Positions 14,001 to 30,849 of a stretch of DNA of 64,000 nucleotides are shown one piece after another. Each line of letters begins with the position of its first letter. Within the stretch, counting starts at the first letter, position 1. The position numbers and the translations under genes are program-made. This stretch comes from the human T2T-CHM13v2.0 reference genome, Homo sapiens: the NCBI RefSeq assembly GCF_009914755.1, contig NC_060927.1; one strand, written 5' to 3'. A model generated the notes under the pieces. The model was not told the origin of the DNA and ran no database searches. It saw only the letters and a list, made by a program, of their open reading frames with translations.

Positions 14001-17000
14001 AGTACCCAAAGCATGTATTACAAACTGTACATAAAATATGAAAGTCCATCAAATATATATTTTATTCTGTACATAAAATATCAAAGTACACCAGATACAT
14101 ATTCTATAGTGTACATAAAATATCAAAGTACCCAAACTATACATTATATACTGTACATAAAATATGAAATTACATCAAATATATATTAAGTACATAAATT
14201 ATGAAAGTACATCAAATATAGATTATATAGTGTACATAAAATATCAATGTACACCAAATATATATTATATACTCTACATGAAATATCAAAGTTCACAAAC
14301 TATATATTATATACTGTCCATAAAATATCAAAGTACCCAAGGTATATATTTTATACTGTACAAAAAATATCAAAGTACCCAAAGCATGTATTATATACTA
14401 TCCCTAAAATATGAAAGTACATCAAATATATATTTTATTCTGTACATAAAATATCAAAGTACACCAGATACATATTCTACAGTGTATATAAAATATCAAA
14501 GTACCCAAACTATACATTATATACTGTACATAAAATATGAAATTACATCAAATATATATTATATTAGGTACATAAAATATGAAAGTACATGAAGTATAGA
14601 TTATATACTGTACATAAAATATCAAAGTACCCCAAATTTATATTATATACTATACATGAAATATCAAAGTTCACAAACTATATATAATATACTGTACATA
14701 AAATATCAAAGTACCCAAGGTATATATTCTACAGTGTACAAAAAATATCAAAGTACCCAAAGCATGTATTATATACCGTACGTAAAATATAAAATTACAT
14801 CAAATATATATTTTATTCTGTACATAAAATATCAAAGTACACCAGATATATATACTATAGTGTACATAAAATATCAAAGTACCCAATCTATACATTATAC
14901 ACTGCACATAAAATATGAAATTACATCAAATATATATTAGGTACATAAAATATGAAAGTACATCAAATATAGATTATATACTGTAAATATAATATCAATG
15001 TACCCCAAATATATATTTTATACTCTACATGAAATATCAAAGTTCACAAACCATATATTATATACTGTACATAAAATATCAAAGTACCCAAGGTATATAT
15101 TCTATACTGTACAAAAAATATCAAAGTACCCAAAGCATGTATTATATACTGTACATAAAATATGAAAGCACATCAAATATATATTTTATTCTGTATATAA
15201 AATATCAAAGTACACCAGATATATATTCTATAGTGTACATAAAATAACAAAGTACACAAACTATAAATTATATCCTGTACATAAAATATGAAATTACATC
15301 AAATATATATTAGGTACATAAAATATGAAAGTACATCAAATATAGATTATATACTGTACATTAAGTACCAAAGTACACCAAATATATATTTTATTCTGTA
15401 CATAAAATATCAAAGTACACCAGATATATATTCTATAGTGTACATAAAATATCAAAGTACCCAAACTATACATTATATACTGTACATAAAATATGAAATT
15501 ACATCAAATATATATTATATTAGGTAAATGAAATATGAAAGTACATCAAATATAGATTATATACTGTACATAAAATATGAAAGTACCCCAAATATATATT
15601 ATATACTCTACATGAAATATCAAAGTTCACAAACTATATATTATATACTGTACATAAAATATCAAAGTACCCAAGGTATATATTCTATACTGTACAAAAA
15701 ATATCAAAGTATCCAAAGCATGTATTATATACTGTATATAAAATATGAAAGTACATCAAATATATATTTTATTCTGTACATAAAATATCAAAGTACACCA
15801 GATATATATTCTATAGTGTACATAAAATATCAAAGTACCCAAACTATACATTATATACTGTACATAAAATATGAAATTACATCAAATATATATTATATTA
15901 GGTACATAAAATACGAAAGTACATCAAATATAGATTATATACTGTACATAAAATATGAAAGTACCCCAATATATATTATATACTCTACATGAAATATCAA
16001 AGTTCACAAACTATATATTATGTACTGTACATAAAATATCAAACTACCCAAGGTATATATTCTATACTGTACAAAAAATATCAAAGTACCCAAAGCATGT
16101 ATTATATAATGTACATAAAATATGAAAGTACATCAAATATATATTTTATTCTGTACATAAAATATCAAAGAACACCAGATATATATTCTATAGTGTACAT
16201 AAAATATCAAAGTACCCAAACTATACATTATATACTGTACATAAAATATGAAATTACATCATATATATATTAGGTACATAAAATATGAAAGTACATCAAA
16301 TATATATTTTATTCTGTACATAAAATATCAAAGTACACCAGATATATATTCTATAGTGTACATAAAATAACAAAGTACACAAACTATAAAATATATACTG
16401 TACATAAAATATGAAATTACATCAAATATATATTAGGTACATAAAATATGAAAGTACATCAAATATAGATTATATACTGTACATATAATATCAATGTACC
16501 CGAAATATATATTTTATACTCTACATGAAATATCAAAGTTCACAAACCATATATTGTATACTGCACATAAAATATCAAAATACACAAGGTATATATTCTA
16601 TACTGTACAAAAAATATCAAAGTACCCAAAGCAGGTATTATATACTGTATATAAAATATGAAAGTACATCAAATATATATTTTATTCTGTACATAAAATA
16701 TCAAAGTACACCAGATATATATTCTATAGTGTACATAAAATATCAAGGTACCCAAACTATATATTATATACTGTACATAAAATATGAAATTACAGCAAAT
16801 ATATATTATATTAGGTACATAAAATATGAAAGTACATCAAATATAGATTATATACTGTACATTAAATACCAAAGTACCCCAAATATATATTTTATACTGT
16901 ACATGAAATATCAAAGTTCACAAACTATATATTATATACTGTACATAAAATATCAATGTACCCAAGGTATATATTCTATACTGCACAAAAAATATCAAAG

Positions 17001-18949
17001 TACCCAAAGTATGTATTATATACTGTATATAAAATATGAAAGTACATCAAATATATATTTTATTCTGTACATAAAATATCAAAGTACACCAGATATATAT
17101 TCTATAGTGTACATAAAATATCAAAGTACCCAAACTATACATTATATACTGTACATAAATATGAAATTACATCAAATATATATTAAGTACATAAAATATG
17201 AAAGTACATCAAATATAGATTATATACTGTACATAAAATATCAATGTACACCAAATATATATTATATACTCTACATGAAATATAAAAGTTCACAAACTAT
17301 ATATTATATACTGTCCATAAAATATCAAAGTACCCAAGGTATATATTCTATACTGTACAAAAAATATCAAAGTAAACAAAGCATGTATTATATACTGTAC
17401 CTAAAATATGAAAGTACATCAAATATATATTTTATTCTGTACCTAAAATATCAAAGTACACCAGATATATATTCTATAGTGTATATAAAATATCAAAGTA
17501 CCCAAACTATACATTATATACTGTACATAAAATATGAAATTACATCAAATATATATTATATTAGGTACATAAAATATGAAAGTACATGAAGTATAGATTA
17601 TATACTGTACATAAAATATCAAAGTACCCCAAATTTATATTATATACTATACATGAAATATCAAAGTTCACAAACTATATATTATATACTGTACATAAAA
17701 TATCAAAGTACCCAAGGTATATATTCTATAGTGTACAAAAAATATCAAAGTACGCAAAGCATGTATTATATACCGTACATAAAATATAAAATTACATCAA
17801 ATATATATTTTATTCTGTACATAAAATATCAAAGTACACCAGATATATATACTATAGTGTACATAAAATATCAAAGTACCCAAACTATACATTATACACT
17901 GCACATAAAATATGAAATTACATCAAATATATATTAGGTACATAAAATATGAAAGTACATCAAATATAGATTATATACTGTAAATATAATATCAATGTAC
18001 CCCAAATATATATTTTATACTCTACATGAAATATCAAAGTTCACAAACCATATATTATATACTGTACATAAAATATCAAAGTACCCAAGGTATATATTCT
18101 ATACTGAACAAAAAATATCAAAGTACCCAAAGCATGTATTATATACTGTACATAAAATATGAAAGTACATCAAATATATATTTTATTCTGTACATAAAAT
18201 ATCAAAGTACACCAGATATATATTCTATAGTGTACATAAAATATCAAAGTACCCAAACTATACATTATATACTGCACATAAAATATGAAATTACATCAAA
18301 TATATATTATATTAGGTACATGAAATATGAAAGTACATCAAATATAGATTATATACTGTACATAAAATATGAAAGTACCCCAAATATATATTATATACTC
18401 TACATGAAATATCAAAGTTCACAAACTATATATTATATACTGTACATAAAATATCAAAGTACCCAAGGTATATATTCTATACTGTACAAAAAATATCAAA
18501 GTATCCAAAGCATGTATTATATACTGTATATAAAATATGAAAGTACATCAAATATATATTTTATTCTGTACATAAAATATCAAAGTACACCAGATATATA
18601 TTCTATAGTGTACATAAAATATCAAAGTACCCAAACTATACATTATATACTGTACATAAAATATGAAATTACAGCAAATATATATTATATTAGGTACATA
18701 AAATATGAAAGTACATCAAATATAGATTATATACTGTACATTAAATACCAAAGTACCCCAAATATATATTTTATACTGTACATGAAATATCAAAGTTCAC
18801 AAACTATATATTATATACTGTACATAAAATATCAATGTACCCAAGGTATATATTCTATACTGCACAAAAAATATCAAAGTACCCAAAGCATGTATTATAT
18901 ACTGTATATAAAATATGAAACTACATCAAATATATATTTTATTCTGTAC

Positions 18950-21900
18950 ATAAAATATCAAAGTACACCAGATATATATTCTATAGTGTACATAAAATAA
19001 CAAAGTACACAAACTATAAATTATATCCTGTACATAAAATATGAAATTACATCAAATATATATTAGGTACATAAAATATGAAAGTACATCAAATATAGAT
19101 TATATACTGTACATTAAGTACCAAAGTACACCAAATATATATTTTATTCTGTACATAAAATATCAAAGTACACCAGATATATATTCTATAGTGTACATAA
19201 AATATCAAATTACCCAAACTATACATTATATACTGTACATAAAATATGAAATTACATCAAATATATATTATATTAGGTAAATGAAATATGAAAGTACATC
19301 AAATATAGATTATATACTGTACATAAAATATGAAAGTACCCCAAATATATATTATATACTCTACATGAAATATCAAAGTTCACAAACTATATATTATATA
19401 CTGTACATAAAATATCAAAGTACCCAAGGTATATATTCTATACTGTACAAAAAATATCAAAGTATCCAAAGCATGTATTATATACTGTATATAAAATATG
19501 AAAGTACATCAAATATATATTTTATTCTGTACATAAAATATCAAAGTACACCAGATATATATTCTATAGTGTACATAAAATATCAAAGTACCCAAACTAT
19601 ACATTATATACTGTACATAAAATATGAAATTACAGCAAATATATATTATATTAGGTACATAAAATATGAAAGTACATCAAATATAGATTATATACTCTAC
19701 ATTAAATACCAAAGTACCCCAAATATATATTTTATACTGTACATGAAATATCAAAGTTCACAAACTATATATTATATACTGTACATAAAATATCAATGTA
19801 CCCAAGGTATATATTCTATACTGCACAAAAAATATCAAAGTACCCAAAGCATGTATTATATACTGTATATAAAATATGAAAGTACATCAAATATATATTT
19901 TATTCTGTACATAAAATATCAAAGTACACCAGATATATATTCTATAGTGTACATAAAATATCAAAGTACCCAAACTATACATTATATACTGTACATAAAA
20001 TATGAAATTACATCAAATATATATTATATTAGGTACATAAAATACGAAAGCACATCAAATATAGATTATATACTGTACATAAAATATGAAAGTACCCCAA
20101 TATATATTATATACTCTACATGAAATATCAAAGTTCACAAACTATATATTATGTACTGTACATAAAATATCAAACTACCCAAGGTATATATTCTATACTG
20201 TACAAAAAATATCAAAGTACCCAAAGCATGTATTATATAATGTACATAAAATATGAAAGTACATCAAATATATATTTTATTCTGTACATAAAATATCAAA
20301 GAACACCAGATATATATTCTATAGTGTACATAAAATATCAAAGTACCCAAACTATACATTATATACTGTACATAAAATATGAAATTACATCATATATATA
20401 TTAGGTACATAAAATATGAAAGTACATCAAATATATATTTTATTCTGTACATAAAATATCAAAGTACACCAGATATATATTCTATAGTGTACATAAAATA
20501 ACAAAGTACACAAACTATAAAATATATACTGTACATAAAATATGAAATTACATCAAATATATATTAGGTACATAAAATATGAAAGTACATCAAATATAGA
20601 TTATATACTGTACATATAATATCAATGTACCCGAAATATATATTTTATACTCTACATGAAATATCAAAGTTCACAAACCATATATTGTATACTGCACATA
20701 AAATATCAAAATACACAAGGTATATATTCTATACTGTACAAAAAATATCAAAGTACCCAAAGCAGGTATTATATACTGTATATAAAATATGAAAGTACAT
20801 CAAATATATATTTTATTCTGTACATAAAATATCAAAGTACACCAGATATATATTCTATAGTGTACATAAAATATCAAGGTACCCAAACTATATATTATAT
20901 ACTGTACATAAAATATGAAATTACAGCAAATATATATTATATTAGGTACATAAAATATGAAAGTACATCAAATATAGATTATATACTGTACATTAAATAC
21001 CAAAGTACCCCAAATATATATTTTATACTGTACATGAAATATCAAAGTTCACAAACTATATATTATATACTGTACATAAAATATCAATGTACCCAAGGTA
21101 TATATTCTATACTGCAAAAAAAATATCAAAGTACCCAAAGTATGTATTATATACTGTATATAAAATATGAAAGTACATCAAATATATATTTTATTCTGTA
21201 CATAAAATATCAAAGTACACCAGATATATATTCTATAGTGTACATAAAATATCAAAGTACCCAAACTATACATTATATACTGTACATAAATATGAAATTA
21301 CATCAAATATATATTATATTAGGTACATAAAATATGAAAGTACATGAAGTATAGATTATATACTGTAGATAAAATATCAAAGTACCCCAAATTTATATTA
21401 TATACTATACATGAAATATCAAAGTTCACAAACTATATATTATATACTGTACATAAAATATCAAAGTACCCAAGGCATATATTCTATAGTGTACAAAAAA
21501 TATCAAAGTACCCAAAGCATGTATTATATACCGTACATAAAATATAAAATTACATCAAATATATATTTTATTCTGTACATAAAATATCAAAGTACACCAG
21601 ATATATATACTATAGTGTACATAAAATATCAAAGTACCCAAACTATACATTATACACTGTACATAAAATATGAAATTACATCAAATATATATTAGGTACA
21701 TAAAATATGAAAGTACATCAAATATAGATTATATACTGTAAATATAATATCAATGTACCCCAAATATATATTTTATACTCTACATGAAATATCAAAGTTC
21801 ACAAACCATATATTATATACTGTACATAAAATATCAAAGTACCCAAGGTATATATTCTATACTGAACAAAAAATATCAAAGTACCCAAAGCATGTATTAT

Positions 21901-24900
21901 ATACTGTACATAAAATATGAAAGTACATCAAATATATATTCTATTCTGTACATAAAATATCAAAGTACACCAGATATATATTCTATAGTGTACATAAAAT
22001 AACAAAGTACACAAACTATAAATTATATCCTGTACATAAAATATGAAATTACATCAAATATATATTAGGTACATAAAATATGAAAGTACATCAAATATAG
22101 ATTATATACTGTACATTAAGTACCAAAGTACACCAAATATATATTTTATTCTGTACATAAAATATCAAAGTACACCAGATATATATTCTATAGTGTACAT
22201 AAAATATCAAAGTACCCAAACTATACATTATATACTGTACATAAAATATGAAATTACATCAAATATATATTATATTAGGTAAATGAAATATGAAAGTACA
22301 TCAAATATAGATTATATACTGTACATAAAATATGAAAGTACCCCAAATATATATTATATACTCTACATGAAATATCAAAGTTCACAAACTATATATTATA
22401 TACTGTACATAAAATATCAAAGTACCCAAGGTATATATTCTATACTGTACAAAAAATATCAAAGTATCCAAAGCATGTATTATATACTGTATATAAAATA
22501 TGAAAGTACATCAAATATATATTTTATTCTGTACATAAAATATCAAAGTACACCAGATATATATTCTATAGTGTACATAAAATATCAAAGTACCCAAACT
22601 ATACATTATATACTGTACATAAAATATGAAATTACAGCAAATATATATTATATTAGGTACATAAAATATGAAAGTACATCAAATATATATTATATACTCT
22701 ACATTAAATACCAAAGTACCCCAAATATATATTTTATACTGTACATGAAATATCAAAGTTCACAAACTATATATTATATACTGTACATAAAATATCAATG
22801 TACCCAAGGTATATATTCTATACTGCACAAAAAATATCAAAGTACCCAAAGCATGTATTATATACTGTATATAAAATATGAAAGTACATCAAATATATAT
22901 TTTATTCTGTACATAAAATATCAAAGTACACCAGATATATATTCTATAGTGTACATAAAATATCAAAGTACCCAAACTATACATTATATACTGTACATAA
23001 AATATGAAATTACATCAAATATATATTATATTAGGTACATAAAATACGAAAGTACATCAAATATAGATTATATACTGTACATAAAATATGAAAGTACCCC
23101 AATATATATTATATACTCTATATGAAATATCAAAGTTCACAAACTATATATTATGTACTGTACATAAAATATCAAACTACCCAAGGTATATATTCTATAC
23201 TGTACAAAAAATATCAAAGTACCCAAAGCATGTATTATAAAATGTACATAAAATATGAAAGTACATCAAATATATATTTTATTCTGTACATAAAATATCA
23301 AAGAACACCAGATATATATTCTATAGTGTACATAAAATATCAAAGTACCCAAACTATACATTATATACTGTACATAAAATATGAAATTACATCATATATA
23401 TATTAGGTACATAAAATATGAAATTACATCAAATATATATTTTATTCTGTACATAAAATATCAAAGTACACCAGATATATATTCTATAGTGTACATAAAA
23501 TAACAAAGTACACAAACTATAAAATATATACTGTACATAAAATATGAAATTACATCAAATATATATTAGGTACATAAAATATGAAAGTACATCAAATATA
23601 GATTATATACTGTACATATAATATCAATGTACCCGAAATATATATTTTATACTCTATATGAAATATCAAAGTTCACAAACCATATATTGTATACTGCACA
23701 TAAAATATCAAAATACACAAGGTATATATTCTATACTGTACAAAAAATATCAAAGTACCCAAAGCAGGTATTATATACTGTATATAAAATATGAAAGTAC
23801 ATCAAATATATATTTTATTCTGTACATAAAATATCAAAGTACACCAGATATATATTCTATAGTGTACATAAAATATCAAGGTACCCAAACTATATATTAT
23901 ATACTGTACATAAAATATGAAATTACAGCAAATATATATTATATTAGGTACATAAAATATGAAAGTACATCAAATATAGATTATATACTGTACATTAAAT
24001 ACCAAAGTACCCCAAATATATATTTTATACTGTACATGAAATATCAAAGTTCACAAACTATATATTATATACTGTACATAAAATATCAATGTACCCAAGG
24101 TATATATTCTATACTGCACAAAAAATATCAAAGTACCCAAAGTATGTATTATATACTGTATATAAAATATGAAAGTACATCAAATATATATTTTATTCTG
24201 TACATAAAATATCAAAGTACACCAGATATATATTCTATAGTGTACATAAAATATCAAAGTACCCAAACTATACATTATATACTGTACATAAATATGAAAT
24301 TACATCAAATATATATTATATTAGGTACATAAAATATGAAAGTACATGAAGTATAGATTATATACTGTAGATAAAATATCAAAGTACCCCAAATTTATAT
24401 TATATACTATACATGAAATATCAAAGTTCACAAACTATATATTATATACTGTACATAAAATATCAAAGTACCCAAGGCATATATTCTATAGTGTACAAAA
24501 AATATCAAAGTACCCAAAGCATGTATTATATACCGTACATAAAATATAAAATTACATCAAATATATATTTTATTCTGTACATAAAATATCAAAGTACACC
24601 AGATATATATACTATAGTGTACATAAAATATCAAAGTACCCAAACTATACATTATACACTGTACATAAAATATGAAATTACATCAAATATATATTAGGTA
24701 CATAAAATATGAAAGTACATCAAATATAGATTATATACTGTAAATATTATATCAATGTACCCCAAATATATATTTTATACTCTACATGAAATATCAAAGT
24801 TCACAAACCATATATTATATACTGTACATAAAATATCAAAGTACCCAAGGTATATATTCTATACTGAACAAAAAATATCAAAGTACCCAAAGCATGTATT

Positions 24901-24990
24901 ATATACTGTACATAAAATATGAAAGTACATCAAATATATATTCTATTCTGTACATAAAATATCAAAGTACACCAGATATATATTCTATAG
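18950..24990 (+). repeat. Tandem duplication, 3002-bp unit x2
   Basis: ORF starts 19041/19281/20120/20656/21344/21411/21784 recur at +3002 (22043/22283/23122/23658/24346/24413/24786). Shared rare variants: tactgtagat (21361/24363), caaggcatat (21471/24473), ctattctgta (21941/24943). Confidence 0.9.
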
Positions 24991-27900
24991 TGTACATAAA
25001 ATATCAAAGTACCCAAACTATACATTATATACTGTACATAAAATATGAAATTACATCAAATATATATTATATTAGGTACATGAAATATGAAAGTACATCA
25101 AATATAGATTATATACTGTACATAAAATATGAAAGTACCCCAAATATATATTATATACTCTACATGAAATATCAAAGTTCACAAACTATATATTATATAC
25201 TGTACATAAAATATCAAAGTACCCAAGGTATATATTCTATACTGTACAAAAAATATCAAAGTATCCAAAGCATGTATTATATACTGTATATAAAATATGA
25301 AAGTACATCAAATATATATTTTATTCTGTACATAAAATATCAAAGTACACCAGATATATATTCTATAGTGTACATAAAATATCAAAGTACCCAAACTATA
25401 CATTATATACTGTACATAAAATATGAAATTACAGCAAATATATATTATATTAGGTACATAAAATATGAAAGTACATCAAATATAGATTATATACTGTACA
25501 TTAAATACCAAAGTACCCCAAATATATATTTTATACTGTACATGAAATATCAAAGTTCACAAACTATATATTATATACTGTACATAAAATATCAATGTAC
25601 CCAAGGTATATATTCTATACTGCACAAAAAATATCAAAGTACCCAAAGCATGTATTATATACTGTATATAAAATATGAAAGTACATCAAATATATATTTT
25701 ATTCTGTACATAAAATATCAAAGTACACCAGATATATATTCTATAGTGTACATAAAATAACAAAGTACACAAACTATAAATTATATCCTGTACATAAAAT
25801 ATGAAATTACATCAAATATATATTAGGTACATAAAATATGAAAGTACATCAAATATAGATTATATACTGTACATTAAGTACCAAAGTACACCAAATATAT
25901 ATTTTATACTCTACATGAAATATCAAAGTTCACAAACCATATATTATATACTGTGCATAAAATATCAAAGTACCCAAGGTATATATTCTATACTGTACAA
26001 AAAATATCAAAGTACCCAAAGCATGTATTATATACTATACATAAAATATGAAATTACATCAAATATATATTTTATTCTGTACATAAAATATCAAAGTACA
26101 CCAGATATATATTCTATAGTGTACATAAAATATCAAAGTACCCAAACTATACATTATATACTGTACATAAAATGTGAAATTACATCAAATATATATTATA
26201 TTAGGTACATAAAATATGAAAGTACATCAAATATAGATTATATACTGTACATTAAATACCAATATACCCCAAATATATATTTTATACTGTACATGAAATA
26301 TCAAAGTTCACACACTATATATTATATACTGTACATAAAATATCAAAGTACCCAAGGTATATATTCTATACTGTACAAAAAACATCAAAGTACCCAAAGC
26401 ATGTATTATATACTGTACATAAAATATGAAAGTACATCAAATATATATTTTATTCTGTACATAAAATATCAAAGTACACCAGATATATATTCTATAGTGT
26501 ACATAAAATATCAAAGTACCCAAACTATACATTATATACTGTACATAAAATATGAAATTACATCAAATATATATTATATTAGGTACATAAAATAAGAAAG
26601 TACATCAAATATAGATTATATACTGTACATAAAATATCAAAGTACCCCAAATATATATTATATACTCTACATGAAATATCAAAGTTCACAAACTATATAT
26701 TATATACTGTACATAAAATATCAAAGCACCCAAGGTATATATTCCATACTGTACAAAAAATATCAAAGTATCCAAAGCATGATTTATATACTGTATATAA
26801 AATATGAAAGTACATTAAAGATATATTTTATTCTGTACATAAAATATCAAAATACACCAGATATATATTCTATAGTGTACATAAAATAACAAAGTACACA
26901 AACTATAAATTATATACTGTACATAAAATATGAAATTACATCAAATATATATTAGGTACATAAAATATGAAAGTACATCAAATATAGATTATATACTGTA
27001 CATATAATATCAATGTACCCCAAATATATATTTTATACTCTACATGAAATATCAAAGTTCACAAACCATACATTATATACTGTACATAAAATATCAAAGT
27101 ACCCAAGTTATATATTCTATACTGTACAAAAGATATCAAAGTACCCAAAGCATGTATTATATACTGTATATAAAATATGAAAGTACATCAAATATATATT
27201 ATATACTGTACATAAAATATCAAAGTACACCAGATATATATTTTATAGTGTACATAAAATATCAAAGTACCCAAACTATACATTATATACTGTACATAAA
27301 ATATGAGATTACATCAAATATATATTATATTAGGTACATAAAATATGAAAGTACATCAGATATAGATTATATACTGTACATACAATATCAAAGTACCCCA
27401 AATATATATTATATACTCTACATGAAATATCAAAGTTCACAAACTATATATTATATACTGTACATAAAATATCAAAGTACCCAAGGTATATATTCTATAC
27501 TGTACAAAAAATATCAAAATACCCAAAGCATGTATTATATACTGTATATAAAATATGAAAATACATTAAATATATATTTTATTCTGTACATAAAATATCA
27601 AAGTACACCAGATATATATTCTATAGTGTACATAAAATAACAAAGTACACAAACTATAAATTATATACTGTACGTAAAATATGAAATTACATCAAATATA
27701 TATTAGGTACATAAAATATGAAAGTACATCAAATATAGATTATATACTGTACATATAATATCAATGTACCCCAAATATATATTTTATACTCTACATGAAA
27801 TATCAAAGTTCACAAACCATACATTATATACTTTCCATAAAATATCAAAGTACCCATGGCATATATTCTATACTGTACAAAAGATATCAAAGTACACAAA

Positions 27901-30849
27901 GCATGTATTATATACTGTACATAAAATATGAAAGTACATCAAATATATATTTTATTCTGTACATAAAATATCAAAGTACACCAGATATATATTCTATAGT
28001 GTACATAAAATATCAAAGTACCCAAACTATATATTATATACTGTACATAAAATATGAAATTACATCAAATATGTATTATATTAGGTACATAAAATATGAA
28101 AGTACATCAAATATAGATTATATACCATACATAAAATATCAAAGTACCCCAAATATATATTATATACTATACATGAAATATCAAATATCACAAACTATAT
28201 ATTATATACTGTACATAAAATATCAAAGTACCCAATGTATATATTCTATAGTGTACAAAAAATATCAAAGTACCCAAAGCATGTATTATATACTGTACAT
28301 AAAATATAAAAGTACATCAAATATATATTTTATTCTGTACATAAAATATGAAAGTACACCAGATATATATTCTATAGTGTACATAAAATATCAAAGTACC
28401 CAAACTATACATTATATACTGTACATAAAATATGAAATTACATCAAATATATATTATACTAGGTACTTAAAATATGAAAGTACATCAAATATAGATTATA
28501 TACTGTACATAAAATATCAAAGTACCCCAAATATATATTATATACTCTACATGAAATATCAAAGTTCACAAACTATATATTATATACTGTACATAAAATA
28601 TCAAAGTACCCAAGGTATATATTCTATACTGTACAAAAAATATCAAAGTATCCAAAGCATGTTTTATATACTGTATATAAAATATGAAAGTACATTAAGG
28701 ATATATTTTATTCTGTACATAAAATATCAAAATACACCAGATATATATTCTATAGTGTACATAAAATATCAAAGTACCCAAACTATACATTATATACTGT
28801 ACATAAAATATGAAATTACATCAAATATATATTATATTAGGTACTTAAAATATGAAAGTACATCAAATATAGATTATATACTGTACATAAAATATCAAAG
28901 TACCACAAATATATATTATATACTGTACATGAAATATCAAAGTTCACAACTATATATTATATACTGTACATAAAATATCAAAGTCCCCAAGGTATATATT
29001 CTATACTGTACAAAAAATATCAAAGTACACAAAGCATGTATTATATACTGTACATAAAATATGAAATTACATCAAATATATATTATATTAGGTACATAAA
29101 ATATGAAAGTACATCAAATATAAATTATATACTGTACATAAAATATCAAAGTACCCCAAATATATATTATATACTGTACATGTAATATCAAAGTTCACAA
29201 CTATATATTACATACTGTACATAAAATATCAAAGTACCCAAGGTATATATTCTATACTGTACAAAAAATATCAAAGTACCCAAAGCATGTATTATATACT
29301 GTACATAAAATATGAAAGTACATCAAATATATATTTTATTCTGTACATAAAATATCAAAGTACACCAGATATATATTCTATAGTGTATATAAAATATCAA
29401 AGTACCCAAACTATACATTATATACTGTACATAAAATATGAAATTACATCAAATATATATTATATTAGGTACATAAAATATGAAAGTACATGAAGTATAG
29501 ATTATATACTGTACATAAAATATCAAAGTACCCCAAATTTATATTATATACTATACATGAAATATCAAAGTTCACAAACTATATATTATATACTGTACAT
29601 AAAATATCAAAGTACCCAAGGTATATATTCTATAGTGTACAAAAAATATCAAAGTACCCAAAGCATGTATTATATACCGTACATAAAATATAAAATTACA
29701 TCAAATATATATTTTATTCTGTACATAAAATATCAAAGTACACCAGATATATATTCTATAGAGTACATAAAATATCAAAGTACCCAAACTATACATTACA
29801 TACTGTACATAAAATATGAAATTACATCAAATATATATTATAATAGGTACATAAAATATGAAAGTACATCAAATATAGATTATATACTGTACATTAAATA
29901 CGAAAGTACCCCAAATATATATTTTATAGTGTACATGAAATATCAAAGTACCCAAGGTATATATTCTATACTGTACAAAAAATATCAAAGTACCCAAAGC
30001 ATGTATTACAAACTGTACATAAAATATGAAAGTCCATCAAATATATATTTTATTCTGTACATAAAATATCAAAGTACACCAGATACATATTCTATAGTGT
30101 ACATAAAATATCAAAGTACCCAAACTATACATTATATACTGTACATAAAATATGAAATTACATCAAATATATATTATATTAGGTACATAAAATATGAAAG
30201 TACATCAAATATAGATTATATACTGTACATTAAGTACCAAAGTACCCCAAATATATATTTTATACTGTACATGAAATATCAAAGTTCACAAACTATATAT
30301 TATATACTGTACATAAAATATCAAAGTACCCAAGGTATATATTCTATACTGTACAAAAAATATCAAAGTACCCAAAGCATGTATTATATACTGTACATAA
30401 AGTATGAAAGTACATCAAATATATATTTTATTCTGTACATAAAATATCGAGGTACACCAGATATATATTCTATAGTGTACATAAAATATCAAAGTACCCA
30501 AACTATAAATTATATACTGTACATAAAATATGAAATTACATCAAATATATATTATATTAGGTACATAAAATATGAATGGACATCAAATATAGATTATATA
30601 CTCTACATTAAATACCAAAGTACCCCAAATATATATTTTATACTGTACATGAAATATCAAAGTTCACAAAGTATATATTATATACTATACATAAAATATC
30701 AAAGTACCCAAGGTATATATTCTATACTGTACAAAAGATATCAAAGTACCCAAAGCATGTATTATATACTGTACATAAAATATGAAAGTACATCATATAT
30801 ATATTTTATTCTGTACATAAAATATCAAAGTACACCAGATATATATTCT

